64,000 bases of DNA from Dictyostelium discoideum (Eukaryota): NCBI GenBank assembly GCA_000004695.1, contig CM000154.2:4416001-4480000 (forward strand). Reading direction: 5' to 3'. The notes under the pieces were generated by a model. That model was not told the DNA's origin and did no database searches. It saw only the letters and a program-made list of their open reading frames with translations. This document shows, in pieces, positions 26,601 to 41,266 of this stretch (its first letter is position 1; each line of letters starts with the position of its first letter). The position numbers and the translations under genes are program-made.

Positions 26601-29600
26601 TGATCCATTTCTCTTGTTTCATACAACATCTATCAGGTCTTAATTCGATATCACTATCAGAGGATGGCCACCATTGTGAAAAACAACCGAAAACAGAATC
26701 ATAAATAAATGATTTGTGTGGTGGTTCTATTAATAAAAGTTGACCATTTGGTGTTAATATATTATGAATTTCATTTAATGTTGGTTTGAGTTTCTTAACG
26801 ACATGCATAACATTTGACATTACAACGAAATCATAATAGGATGCTTTAAGATCTTGATCTAATAATGGTTTTTCTAAATCTAATACACGATAGATAATAT
26901 TTAAATTGTTGCGATTTGTAAATGATGAGAACTTTTCTTTAATTTCAGCGAAAAATGATGCAGATATATCACTCCATGTAAATTCTATATTAATGATTGA
27001 TGTTGTACTATTATTATTTAATAATTTACAAATCTTTTCTAAAATTAATAAACTAAGACTACCAGTACCGCCACCTGCTTCTAATATACGAAATACAATT
27101 GGTTCATTTAAAATTGGTTTTAGAGTTTCGACTATAATTTCACTTAATAAACTATTCAATGGTTGAACTACTCTTGAATTCTTATAAAAGTCATCAAGAT
27201 AACCACTTTCAAATAATGATTGTGGTGTATCTGTAATGGAATCATCATCTTTTAATGGGAATAGCTGTTTTGCCATTATTTTAGTTGTTCTAATAAATAA
27301 CTCTTCATTTTTTGATTTAATATTACTGTGATCATTGTCAAGGTTAACAATATTACTGTATTTCTTTAAATTTTCAAAAATGAATTTGAAAAGATTTTCA
27401 TTTGCAGAACTATTATAATATAATTGTTTAAATTGATTATATTCTAATGTTGTTAATGATTCTAAATTGATACTTGGACATCTATTATTAATATGTTTAT
27501 AAAATAATGACAATAATGATTCATTTGAAAGAAATTGATTATCTTCTTCTTTGACACTAAATTCATCTACTCTATATAAATGTTTGAATTGTTCAGGTTT
27601 ATTAATTACTGAATCTTTTGATTGAAGATATGGTGTATAGATATTATTTGATGGTGGTTCACATATTATTGTGCTATCAGGATTGGAGTCAAGTGAAACT
27701 AAAGCGCAAACCACATTTGAGATATCAACTAATAATGTACCATTTGGAAGTATGATTTTAACTGATATTGAATATGTTTGAGAATTGGTTCTTGGTTTAA
27801 TATCTGAAAAAACATATAATTCTTTAATATCATCATCATTATCATCATTATTGTTGTTATTTTTATTTAATGATGGAATGTTTGAAGAGTAATATTTGAA
27901 ACCTTCAATTTTATCAAGTACTACTGGTTGTGTGACTGCAACTAATGACCCATGTAAACAAGTATCTAAAATTGCTGTATTTAAAAATGTATTCATATTG
28001 CTATTGTTTATTAAATGATTATATTCTTTTTGATTGTAAATTTCATTTAATGATACTATTGCTAATGAACAATTATTACCGATATGACATTGTTTTACAC
28101 CTTGAAATAAACCTTTGTATGTTAAATTTGTTTTAATTCTAATAGTTTCATAAAAATCTTGTTTTGATATGCTTGTAAAATTACATTTATCTTTTAATGA
28201 TTGAATATTAATTAATTTGTTACTGATGATACTGTTGTGTTTGGTTAAACTAAAATTACCAAGAGATGTTAATATCCATTGATTTGTTTTTTGATCTTTG
28301 TAATAACTTTTGATATTGAATTCATTCTTTGATAGTGGTGCAATTGTAGTTTGTAAACATTGTCTATTACCTTCTGTTAATACTAATGGTGATTTAAATT
28401 CTAATGAGCTAATTGTAATATCTTGATTTGGATAAATTGATAATAAATTGTGAACATATCCCATTCCTGGATAATAGAATTTATCACTAACTTGATGACC
28501 TTTTAACCATTGGAATGGTGATTTCTTGATATCGATAAATGTTTGATATGATGGGTTAGGTGAATCTGTATTATTGCCAAGACCATGAATGGATGGACCT
28601 TCACTTTTAATCTTTTCAAGTAATGAGTTTAGTTTAAAGTATTCTTTATCATCCCATTGGTAAAGTGGTAAATTATTTAATTGGTTTGAATAGTTATTAT
28701 TGTTGTTGTTGATTAATTGTGATTTGAAATTAATATCAAAATTATTTTTGACATATAATAAAGAGATTGTCTTTAAGAATTCATTATAATCATTCTTCTT
28801 TTTATTTAATGGTGAATAGATTGTAATGTTTTTACCATTATTAAAGTAACTTGATTGAGTTGATTTCATTTGATTTAAGTAATATTGTAATGTTGGATGT
28901 GGTGAAACTTCAATGAATGTAATTTCATTACCCATATCATTTGATTCGATATGTTTGTAAAGATTTGTAATTGTTTGTGTGAAATATACTGGTTGAATAA
29001 TATTATCAAATACATAATTTGCATTGAATGGCGAGCTTTGATGATTGAATAAATTGGTTGTAACTGTTGAAAATACTGCTATCGATGGTTGTTTTGATGA
29101 AATATTTAATGAACATACTTCATCTTTAATCATTTGTTGACTTGATGTATGAAATGATGATAATGATCCTAACATTGAACAAAAGATATCATTTGATTTG
29201 AATTCTTTGGTAATTTCATTTAATAAGTCTTCTTTACCTGCGATAACGATTGATGTCGGTGAATTGTAACATGCAATTTCTAATGATTTATATTTAGTTG
29301 TAGATTGATATTTATTAATGAATTCATCTGAACTAATATTAACTGATAACATTCTACCTGTACCTGTGGTTCTATTTTGAGCTACTGATCTATGGTAAGT
29401 CAAGTAACATAATGTTTGAAAATCAATCATACCTGAACAATATGGCGATGATACTTCACCAAGAGAATGACCAATGATAATATCTGCTGAAACACCCCAA
29501 TGTTTATATAATTCATAGAGTGATACTTGAATCATTACATTTGCAGGTTGTGCTAAAATTGGTTGATGAATTGATATTAAATCTTTATCATCAATTGATC

Positions 29601-32016
29601 TTAATTTATCTAAAACTGAATAACCATAATATTTGAATAACTCTTTATCGAATCTATTGACAGATTCTCTAAATATTGGTTCATTATCATATAATGATAA
29701 TGCCATTTTATTATATTGTGAACCTTGACCACATAATACCATTACTGTGATTGGTGATTTCTTTTTTTCAACTGTAATATTTGAAATTAAATTATCACTA
29801 TTATTTAATTTAATTTGATTATTTTCATCTTGAAATTCATTCCAATCACTTGCGATTATAACTGATTTTTGAATTAATGATGTTGATTTGAATTTAATTT
29901 GATTATATACAAATTCTTTGAAACTTGTTGTTGTTGTTGTGGTTGATGAATTTGAATGTTTAATTATTGATGATTTATAATTATTTAATGATGTTGATGA
30001 ATTACTTGAGAGTGGTATTAAATATTTCTTTTTTTCTTCACTTAATTTATTATCAATTTCCATTTTGTGATAATCATTATGATTATTTTCAAATTCAGAT
30101 AATATTAAACAAACATTTGAACCTAAATTAAAATTGATTTTAAATTGTTAATATAAATTATTTGGAAAAAAATTATAAGATGATGTAAATATTTACCAGT
30201 TATACCGAAATTATTAATTAACATGACAGTTGGTTTATTTTCATTAAATTTAATTGGTTCAGTGACAACTTTTAATCCCCATTCTTTAAAATTAATTAAT
30301 GGATTTGGTTCTTTGAAATTAATATTTTGAAGAAATAGTTTATTTTTAAACATTAAACAACATTTAATTAATGATGCAACTCCTGAACATGCTGTTATTA
30401 TTTTTTATTATTTATTATTATTATTATAAATAATATTTAGTGTTAGTAATTAATGATTGACTATGGTTATTTATACAACTAAATTTAATTAACTTACCTT
30501 CAGTATGACCAATATTTGATTTAATTGATCCAACTAAAACTTGTTTATTATTATTATTTGTTGTTGTTGATGCTATATTATTGAAAACTCTTGATATACC
30601 TTCTAATTCTATTGGATCACCAGTTGGAGTACCAGTACCATGAGTTTCACAATAATCAATATCAGATTCATTGATTTGACCATTGGTTGATTTGATTGCT
30701 AATTTGATATTTTCACACTGAGATGATTTCGATGGTGAATAAAAGTTTAATTTATCAAAGTTACCATCGATATTTGAACTTGATCCTTTGATTACACAAT
30801 AGATGTTATTTGAATCTTTGATTGCATCTTTTAATTTCTTTAATACAACGATACCAACACCTTCTGAACGAACATAACCATCAGCATCCGATGAAAATGT
30901 ATGACATCTACCTGTTGGACTTAAAAGACCTAATTGAGTAAATGATTTTGAAAGGTGTGGGTCTATAAATAAATAAAAATTATTTGATAATTAATATATA
31001 ATCTTTTTCTTTTTTTAATTTTTAATTTGTCACATACCTAATAAAAAATTAACACCACCAACAATTGAAACATTTGATTTATTTGATTTAATTGAATTAT
31101 ATCCACAATTAATTGCATTTGATGAACTTGAACAAGCTGTATCAATTGTTAAATTTTCGCCTCTATTTTTTAAAAAAAATAATCATGATAATAACAGTTA
31201 GTATTATAATTAAGTTTTTAGTGTGTGCCAAAAAAGATAAATCAAAAACATACCTAAAATCAAAGCAATAACCTATTCTATTTGCAACGGAATGAGTTGT
31301 GGAACCAAAAATATTATTTTGAGTTTCAAATGGTGATCTTTGAAGAATAGAATAATCAATAGTACTACTACCAATAAATGTACTTGTATTGGTACCACGT
31401 AAACTAATTGGATCAATACCACTATCTTCTAATGCTTCCCATACACCTGTTTGTTGGTTTTATTTTAAAAAACATTATTAATAAATAAAAATAATTAATA
31501 ATTAAAAAAAAAAAAAAAAATGAAAAAATAAAAAAAAAAGTAGAAAAAAAAAAATTTAAAAAAATTTTTGGATTATTTATTTTTTTTTTTTTTTTGGCGC
31601 CATTGAATGAATATTTCCAAAACACTTAACAAATACATACATTTTAATAATAATCTTTGTTGTGGATCTATTGAACTGACATTATCATTGCTTGGATTAA
31701 TTGCAAAGAAGATTGGATCAAATTGTTTCCATTCATCAAGTGGAAGTAAACCAGCAAACTTTGAAACGATTTCACCATTTAAATAATAATTATCAGACCA
31801 TCTTTCAGAAGTTGTAACGATTCCATCTAATCCATTCAATAATTCATTAAATAATTGATTTGGTTTTGAAATTGATTCTTTTAAATTACCACTTGGAAAT
31901 CTTAAACCAATACCAATCACTGCAATATCACCACTATCAACATCATCATTATCATCATAATCATTTCTATCCCTTATTAATTTACTATTTCTAGTATTAT
32001 CTGTATTTTGTACCAT
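22040..32016 (-). CDS. Type I iterative polyketide synthase, copy A, 7 exons, about 3106 aa; KS-AT-DH-cMT-ER-KR-ACP-R
   Basis: Exons in plus coordinates are 31641-32016, 31254-31446, 31038-31162, 30498-30962, 30197-30391, 22680-30122 and 22040-22563. Donors are GTATGT x4, GTAAGT and GTAAAT. All phases were checked. Motifs: [23 protein letters not shown] and GSIKSNIGH; [10 protein letters not shown] and GHSLGE; [13 protein letters not shown]; C-methyltransferase [12 protein letters not shown]; [15 protein letters not shown]; [13 protein letters not shown]; ACP QYGMDSL; terminal thioester-reductase Rossmann fold [15 protein letters not shown]. The 96-aa ORF at 22040-22330 is the last exon and continues the reductase domain. 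Confidence 0.9.
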
Positions 32017-32853
32017 TTTCTCTTTTTATAAATAATATAAATATAAAATAAAAATAAAAATAAAATAAATTTGAAATTTAAATTATTGTTTAATATAAAT
32101 TTTTAAAAAGAAATAAATAAAAAAAAATTAAATTTTGGTTGGTTTATTATAAACTGTTCATTTTTAGTTCATATTAAATTAAAATTAAAACTGATATATT
32201 TAACAGCTTGCTTACTAAAATTTGTAAGAGGGGTGGGGGTGTGGTAAAAGTTTTTCGAAATGAAGATTAAAAAAAAAAAAAGTAATATAAAAAAAAGGGT
32301 TAGATTGTATTGATTAGATATTACCTGTAACAATATTTCTATGAATATCTTGTTATATTAATAACCCAATTTATTTTTAGTATACTTTACAATACAATAA
32401 TTATCGTCTCATTAAATTAAAAATTAATAATTATAAAATATTCAATTTTGATAATTAATTACCATTTTATACTAAATTTTATTTAATTTTTACTACGTAT
32501 GTACATTTTTATTTAATTAAATTAATTCAAAAATTTTAATTCTCCACTTGTCAGATATACACTAAGATTTAGATAATGATACTAAGGATAGAGAGAATAA
32601 TTTTAAATTCAATTCTTCATACTAAATAAGATCAAATTAAAGAAATTATTGATAATTATTATATTAATAATAAAAATCAATCACTTTTTCTAAATATTTC
32701 CCAACTCCAACCAGATTGAATTAGATGTAAAAGATAGGATTTTGAAGATATACATTATCTCATTTTTTAATTTTTTTTTTTTTTATTATTACTTTGATAA
32801 ATATTTTTTTAGTTATTTTTTATTAATTTATTATTATTTAATATTATGTTTTT

Positions 32854-33384
32854 TTAGTTACTGTTACTATTAATATTATTTAAAATGATTGATTCATTAA
32901 TTTCCCAATCTTGATGATTATATGAACCAATTGAAATTAATAATTCTTTTGTGCTATTTGACATTTTGAATAAACTATTGATTTTAAAAGTTGATATCAA
33001 TAAATTTTGATTATCATGAATGTGGAATGCTGAATATCTTTTTGATGATTTTCCATTTGATTTTGAAACTAATTTAATCCATTCTTGGTAATCGATTTCT
33101 TTGCAATTAAATTTATTTTCTAAAAACTCATAAATTGATTTCATTTCAATTGAATTACCATTTAAACTGTAAATTGAAATTGGTTTTGATTTATTTTGAT
33201 TCCAACTGTTTTCATTGAATATTAAATCAATTGTGGTTTTAGCTATAGTTGTAATTGGAGTTGTGAAAATTGGTTTATGAATATTTGGATAATAACCAAT
33301 CTCTTTTGAAACTTTTAATAAAAGTGATACGAAATCATTTGAATGACCTATACCTGTTATTGGATTTGAGAATATATCTGAATT

Positions 33385-33475
<91 letters not shown>

Positions 33476-36400
33476 GTAATAATAATATTAATAATAATAA
33501 TAATAAAATGTTTATTTTATTAGAATCTATAAATTTAATATTAAAGGTTAATCATATATTAAATATTACATACCAGGTGGTCTAATAATGATTGATGGTA
33601 TACCTCTTGATTCTGCTGCGTTTGTTAATAATTTCTCTGAAATAACTTTACATTGAATATATCCAATTGGTGTAGTATAAAAATTTGGTAATATATTTGT
33701 TTCTTCAAATGTTTCTCCATCTTTTAATTGATGATTAATAAATACTGCAATTGATGAAAAATGAACTATTAACTTTTGTGAGCTATTATTTGAAACTGAT
33801 AATTTTATAACTTGATTGATGCTGTCAACATTTACAGTTTTACTTTCTTCATAATTTGATTTTAAATTTAAATCTGCTGCTGAATTTATAATAATATCAC
33901 ATTCATTTGAAAGTTTTAAATAATCTTGTTCAGTCAAACCAAATTTATCTTTTGAGACATCACCAATCATTGGAATGATTTTAATTAATTGATCTTCACT
34001 TATTTGTTTATTGTTATTTTCACTGTTTTCAATATTACTATTTAATTTATCATTTGACATATTACCTGTACGATTGATTATTTTTGTTAATCTTTGATTT
34101 GGTGATTCTTTGTTCATATCTATTAATTGATGTTTTTTTAAATTATTAATAATTACATCGATTGGATTTGTTAATTTTGAATTATTTCTAATTAAACAAT
34201 AAATTTTTGAGATATTGTCCATTTTAATTAATTCTGTTAATAAATATGCACCCAAAAATCCTGTTGAACCTGTTAGGAATATTGATTTATTATTATTATT
34301 ATTTAATATATTTTTAATTGAATATGGTCTTGAAATGATTGATTCATTTAATTTAATTTCATTTTTAATAAATTCATCAAGTGATTGTTGTTCTTTTTTA
34401 ACTAAATTGTTATTATTATTGTTATTTTTGTTTTTGTTATTATTGATATGAGCCGATTTAATAATTTCAATTGATTGATTGATTTTATTATTTTGTAATT
34501 GTTGAATTGTGATAAGATTATGACCTATTTGATTATCGATAAAATTCTTTAATTGTACAATCACTAAGCTATCCATACCATATTGTGTGAGTTGAAGGTC
34601 TTCATTGATTTTAGATTCATCAATTGATAATAATTCACAAATCTTATTTAAAATTGTTGAACGAATAATTTCATTATTATCACCACCATTACCACTAGAA
34701 GAAGATTTGATTTGGCTTAATTTTTTAGAAATATTAATTTGATAATCGAATTTTGTTAGGAAATGATTTGTTAAAGTTGATGGTAAAACTTCAAAATTGA
34801 AATCTGATAAGCAATAGTTAGGATATTGATGTTGATTTTGAATGAATAAATCTAATGAACTAATAACGAGTTGAGGTGAGAATAGTTTTAAAATTGAACT
34901 CTTGAACATTGTTTCAATTGCATTATTACGTGATATGAAACCAGTTGATGATATCGCACCTAAATTAATGGCTAAAGATGGTAATCCAATTGAATGTCTA
35001 TACTTTGATAATGAATCGATAACACTACATGCACTAACATAACAACATTGTTGATCTGATCCAAATATTGAAACTATTGATGATGCCATTATAAATTGTT
35101 TGATATTCCATGAACGATTAATTGATTGATTGTGAAGATTGATTGCTCCAATTGTTTTAGCACCATGTGCATTATTTAAACGATTCATATCAACTTGTTG
35201 AACATCACCAATATCATTCATAAATGCAAAATGAATGATTGAATCAATATTTGTAATATTTTCATTTAATTCTAATTGATTTAATACTTGATTAACTTTA
35301 TTTGAATCTTCAATATCGATTTGATTGAAATGGAATTTAATATTATTATCTTTTTTAAATTTGCTTTGATTGATTAATAATTCTAATTCCCATTTTAATT
35401 TTGATTTTGAAAGTATTATAATATTTTCAATTGAATGGTTTGAATATTTAACCAAATATTTTAATATTTCTAAAACAATACCAGTTTGACCAGTGAGTAA
35501 AATATTTTTACCAATATTTAATTTTGAAATATCATATGAATGTTTCATTATGATTTGATTGTTATTACTTTGATAATTATTATAAACTCTATTAAATTCA
35601 TCTTGATTATGATTAACAATGATTTTACCAATATGTTTTCTTTGATTTATATATTCAATTGCATCTTTAAATTGATTATTTGAATATTCAATGATTGGTA
35701 CACTTAACTCTAATTCATTTGAATTGATCATTTTGATAATTTTCTTTAAATAGCTTTTGATTAATTTGCTTGGGAAATCTACGACTTCTACGTTATTGTA
35801 ACCCATATTAAACTTGTAATGATTGTTTGTCATATAATCATTTGGTGTGAGATGGGTGATACTTAAATCAACGATACATCCTGACATATTTAAACATTGG
35901 AAATTTGAATCCATATACTCTGATGATAATGTATTTAATATTATATCTACACCTTGTTGATTTTGTTCAACTACACCTAATTCTATTAATTTATTCTTAA
36001 TCTCGTAAACATAATCTTTATTACGAGATGAATAGATAGCAGTAATTAATGATCCATATTTCTTTGTTAAGTATTCTTCTTTATCTTTTGAACCAACTGT
36101 TAAAAATATATAACCTTGATGTTGTTTACTTTTTAATAAATCTAAAGATGATATACCGACACCACCTGCTGCTGAATGAATTAAAATTGATTCATTTGAT
36201 TTTAAATTACCAATACTATAGATACTATGTAATGATGTAATATAAATAGATGGTATTGATGCTGAAACTGAATGATTATAATTTAATGGTTTATAATAAA
36301 TAAAATTGAAATCTATAATAACATGTGAACTATTTGTTTTTGAACCAATACCACAAACTTGATCACCAACTTTAAATTTCTTTACATTACTACCTAATCT

Positions 36401-39400
36401 TGTAATTATACCACTAAAGTCATTACCAATGTTTGGATTATCAATACCAATACCATTTTCAATTTCATACTCTTTACCATATTTAATATCTAAATCTGTA
36501 CCAATCATGCCAATATACATTAAATAATCTTTATAATTTATACCATTTGCCTTAACTTCTATCTCTACTTCATTTGAATTTAATTCAGCTTTTTTACTAT
36601 ATAATTGATATTCTAAATTTGAATTTAATTGAATATATAAATTATCTTTATTGGTTTCAAATGATTCAGATTGGAATATACTTTTAATATTATTTGATCT
36701 TCTACAATATCTTTCATAGTATACTTTATTATTATTAATTGTAAATTCTTTTTGAATATTATTATTTGGATTGATTAAATAATTGATTAATGATAATTGT
36801 TGATTATTTTCAATTGAAACATTATCATAATTTAAAATATATAAATCTAATTGTGGGAATTCAACGAAATAACGAGCAGCACCAATAATTGATGATGATA
36901 AATAATTATCAGTGCTTGAATTTAATGATAATAATAAATGTTTGAAATTATTTGATAATTCTAATTTTAATATTAATTGATTAATTTGAATGTATTCAAA
37001 TGTGATTTCTTTGAAATTAAAAGTATTCATTGTTGATTCAATTGATTTTAAAAATATTATTAATGTTTTATTACAATCATCTTTATTTTGATTATTTGTG
37101 ATCCATGATTGAAATTCATTATAATTATTAATATTAATGATTTTATGTTTTAATTCTTGATTTGATCTTATTAAATCAAGAATACTACTGCTGCAACTAT
37201 TTCTATTTTTATCATTACTATTATTATTATTGCAAAATAAAATGATATTATTGAAAGAATTTAATTGATCTAATGATATTGATTGTTCTGAAATGATTTC
37301 ATTAATTGTTGGTTTTCTAGTTTGAATTAAAAATAGTAAATTATCATTACCAGACATTATTGTATCTCTATAATTACATTGATTTAAAAGGTTGATCCAT
37401 TTCTCTTGTTTCATACAACATCTATCAGGTCTTAATTCGATATCACTATCAGAGGATGGCCACCATTGTGAAAAACAACCGAAAATTGAATCATAATAAA
37501 ATGATTTGTATGGTGGTTCTATATATAAAAGTTGACCATTTGGTGTTAATATATTATGAATTTCATTTAATGTTGGTTTGAGTTTCTTAACGACATGCAT
37601 AACATTTGACATTACAATGAAATCATAATAGGATGCTTTAAGATCTTGATCTAATAATGGTTTCTCTAAATCTAATACACGATAGATAATATTTAAATTG
37701 TTATGATTTGTAAATGATGAAAACTTTTCTTTAATTTCAGCAAAAAATGATGCAGATACATCACTCCATGTAAATTCTATATTAATGATTGATGTTGTAC
37801 TATTATCGTTTAATAATTTACAAATCTTTTCTAAAATTAATAAACTAAGACTACCAGTACCGCCACCTGCTTCTAATATACGAAATACAATTGGTTCATT
37901 TAAAATTGGTTTTAGAGTTTCGACTATAATTTCACTTAATAAATTATTCAATGGTTGAACTACTCTTGAATTCTTATAAAAGTCATCTAAAAAACCACTT
38001 TCAAATAATGATTGTGGTGTATCTGTAATGGAATCATCATCTTTTAATGGGAATAGCTGTTTTGCCATTATTTTAGTTGTTCTAATATATAACTCTTCAT
38101 GTTTGGATTTAATATTACTGTGATTATTGTCATGGTTAAGAATATTACTATATCTCTTTAAATTTTCAAAAATGAATTTGAAAAGATTTTCATTTGCTAA
38201 ACTATTATAATATAATTGTTTGAATTGATTATATTCTAATGTTGTTAATGATTCTAAATTAATACTTGGAGATCTATTATTAATGTGTTTATAAAATAAT
38301 GACAATAATAATTCATTTGAAATGAATTGATTATCTTCTTCTTTGACACTAAATTCATCCACACTATATAAATGTTTGAATTGTTCAGGTTTGTTAATGA
38401 TAGAATCTTTTAATTGAAGATATGGTGTATAGATATCATTTGATGGTGGCTTACAAATTATTGTGCTATCAGGATTGGAGCCAAGTGAAACTAAAGCGCA
38501 AACTACATTTGAGATATCAACTAATAATGTACCATTTGGAAGTATGACTTTAACTGATACTGAATATGTTTGAGAATTGGTTCTTGGTTTAATATCTGAA
38601 AAAACATATAATTCTTTAATACTATCATCATCACTATTATTATTGTTGTTATTTTTATTTAATAATGGAATATTTGAAGAGTAAAATTTGAAAGCTTCAA
38701 TTTTATCAAGTACGACTGGTTGTGTAACTGCAACTAATGACCCATGTAAACAAGTATCTAAAATTGCTGCATTAAAGAATGTATTCATATTGTTATTGTT
38801 GATCAAATGATTATATTCTTTTTGATTATAAATTTCATTTAATGATACTATTGCTAATGAACAATTATTACCGATATAACATTGTTTTACACCTTGAAAT
38901 AAACCTTTGTATGTTAAATTTGTTTTAATTCTAATAGTTTCATAAAAATCTTGTTTTGACATGCTTGTAAAATTACATTTATCTTTTAATGATTGAATAT
39001 TAATTAATTTGTTACTGGTGATACTGTTATGTTTGGTTAAACTAAAATTACCAAGAGATGATAATATCCATTGATTTGTTTTTTGATCTTTGTAATGACT
39101 TTTAATATTGAATTCATTCTTTGATAATGGTGCAATTATAGTTTGTAAACATTGATTATTACCTTCTGTTAATACTAATGGTGATTTAAATTCTAATGAG
39201 CTAATTGTAATATCTTGATTTGGATAAATTGATAATAAATTATGAACATATCCCATTCCTGGATAATAGAATTTATCACTAACTTGATGACCTTTTAACC
39301 ATTGGAATGGTGATTTCTTGATATCGATAAATGTTTGATATGATAGATATGGTGAATCTGTATTATTACCAAGGTTATTAATGGATGGACCTTCACTTTT

Positions 39401-41226
39401 AATCTTTTCAAGTGATGAGTTTAGTTTAAAGTATTCTTTATCATCCCATTGGTAAAGTGGTAAATTATTTAATTTGGTTGTGTTACTAATGTTGTTGTTG
39501 TCATTGATTAATTGTGATTTGAAATTAATATCAAAATTATTATTGACATATAATAAAGAGATTGTCTTTAAGAATTCATTATAATCATTCTTCTTTTTAT
39601 TTAATGGTGAATAGATTGTAATGTTTTTACCATTATTAAAGTAACTTGATTGAGTTGATTTCATTTGATTTAAGTAATATTGTAATGTTGGATGTGGTGA
39701 AACTTCAATGAATGTAATTTCATTACCCATATCATTTGATTCGATATGTTTGTAAAGATTTGTAATTGTTTGTGTGAAATATACTGGTTGAATAATATTA
39801 TCAAATACATAATTTGCATTGAATGGTGAAGTTTGATGATTGAATAAATTGGTTGTAACTGTTGAAAATACTGCTATCGATGGTTGTTTCGATGAAATAT
39901 TTAATGAACATACTTCATCTTTAATCATTTGTTGACTTGATGTATGAAATGATGATAATGATCCTAACATTGAACAAAAGATATCATTTGATTTGAATTC
40001 ATTGGTAATTTCATTTAATAAGTCTTCATTACCTGCGATAACGATTGATGTTGGTGAATTGTAACATGCAATTTCTAATGATTTATATTTAGTTGTAGAT
40101 TGATATTTATTAATGAATTCATCTGAACTAATATTAACTGATAACATTCTACCTGTACCTGTGGTTCTATTTTGAGCTACTGATCTATGGTAAGTCAAGT
40201 AACATAATGTTTGAAAATCAATCATACCTGAACAATATGGCGATGATACTTCACCAAGAGAATGACCAATGATAATATCTGCTGAAACACCCCAATGTTT
40301 ATATAATTCATAGAGTGATACTTGAATGATAACATTTGCAGGTTGTGCTAAAATTGGTTGATGAATTGATATTAAATCTTTATCATCAATTGATCTTAAT
40401 TTATCTAAAACTGAATAACCATAATATTTGAATAACTCTTTATCGAATCTATTGACAGATTCTCTAAATATTGGTTCATTATCATATAATGATAATGCCA
40501 TTTTATTATATTGTGAACCTTGACCACATAATACCATTACTGTGATTGGTGATTTCTTTTTTTCAACTGTAATATTTGAAATTAAATTATCACTATTATT
40601 TAATTTGATTTGATTGCTTTCATCTTGAAATTCATTCCAATCACTTGCGATTATAACTGATTTTTGAATTAATGATGTTGATTTGAATTTAATTTGATTA
40701 TATACAAATTCTTTGAAACTTGTTGTTGTTGGCGATGAGTTTGAATTTGAATGTTTAATTATTGATGATTTATAATTATTTAATGATGTTGATGAATTGC
40801 TTGAGAGTGGTATTAAATATTTCTTTTTTTCATTTAAATTATTATCAATTTCCATTTTGTGATAACCATTACCATTACCATAACGACTAAGATTATTTTT
40901 AAATTCAGATAATATTAAACAAACATTTGAACCTAAATAAAAATTGATAATTTTAAATTGTTAATATAAGTTATTTGTATAAAAAGTATGTAATGATATA
41001 TTTACCAGTAACACCGAAATTATTAATTAACATGACAGTTGATTTATTTTCATTAAATTTAATTGGTTCAGTGACAACTTTTAATCCCCATTCTTTAAAA
41101 TTAATTAATGGATTTGGTTCTTTGAAATTAATATTTTGAAGAAATAGTTTATTTTTAAACATTAAACAACATTTAATTAATGATGCAACTCCTGAACATG
41201 CTGTTATTATTTATTATTATTTATTT

Positions 41227-41266
<40 letters not shown>

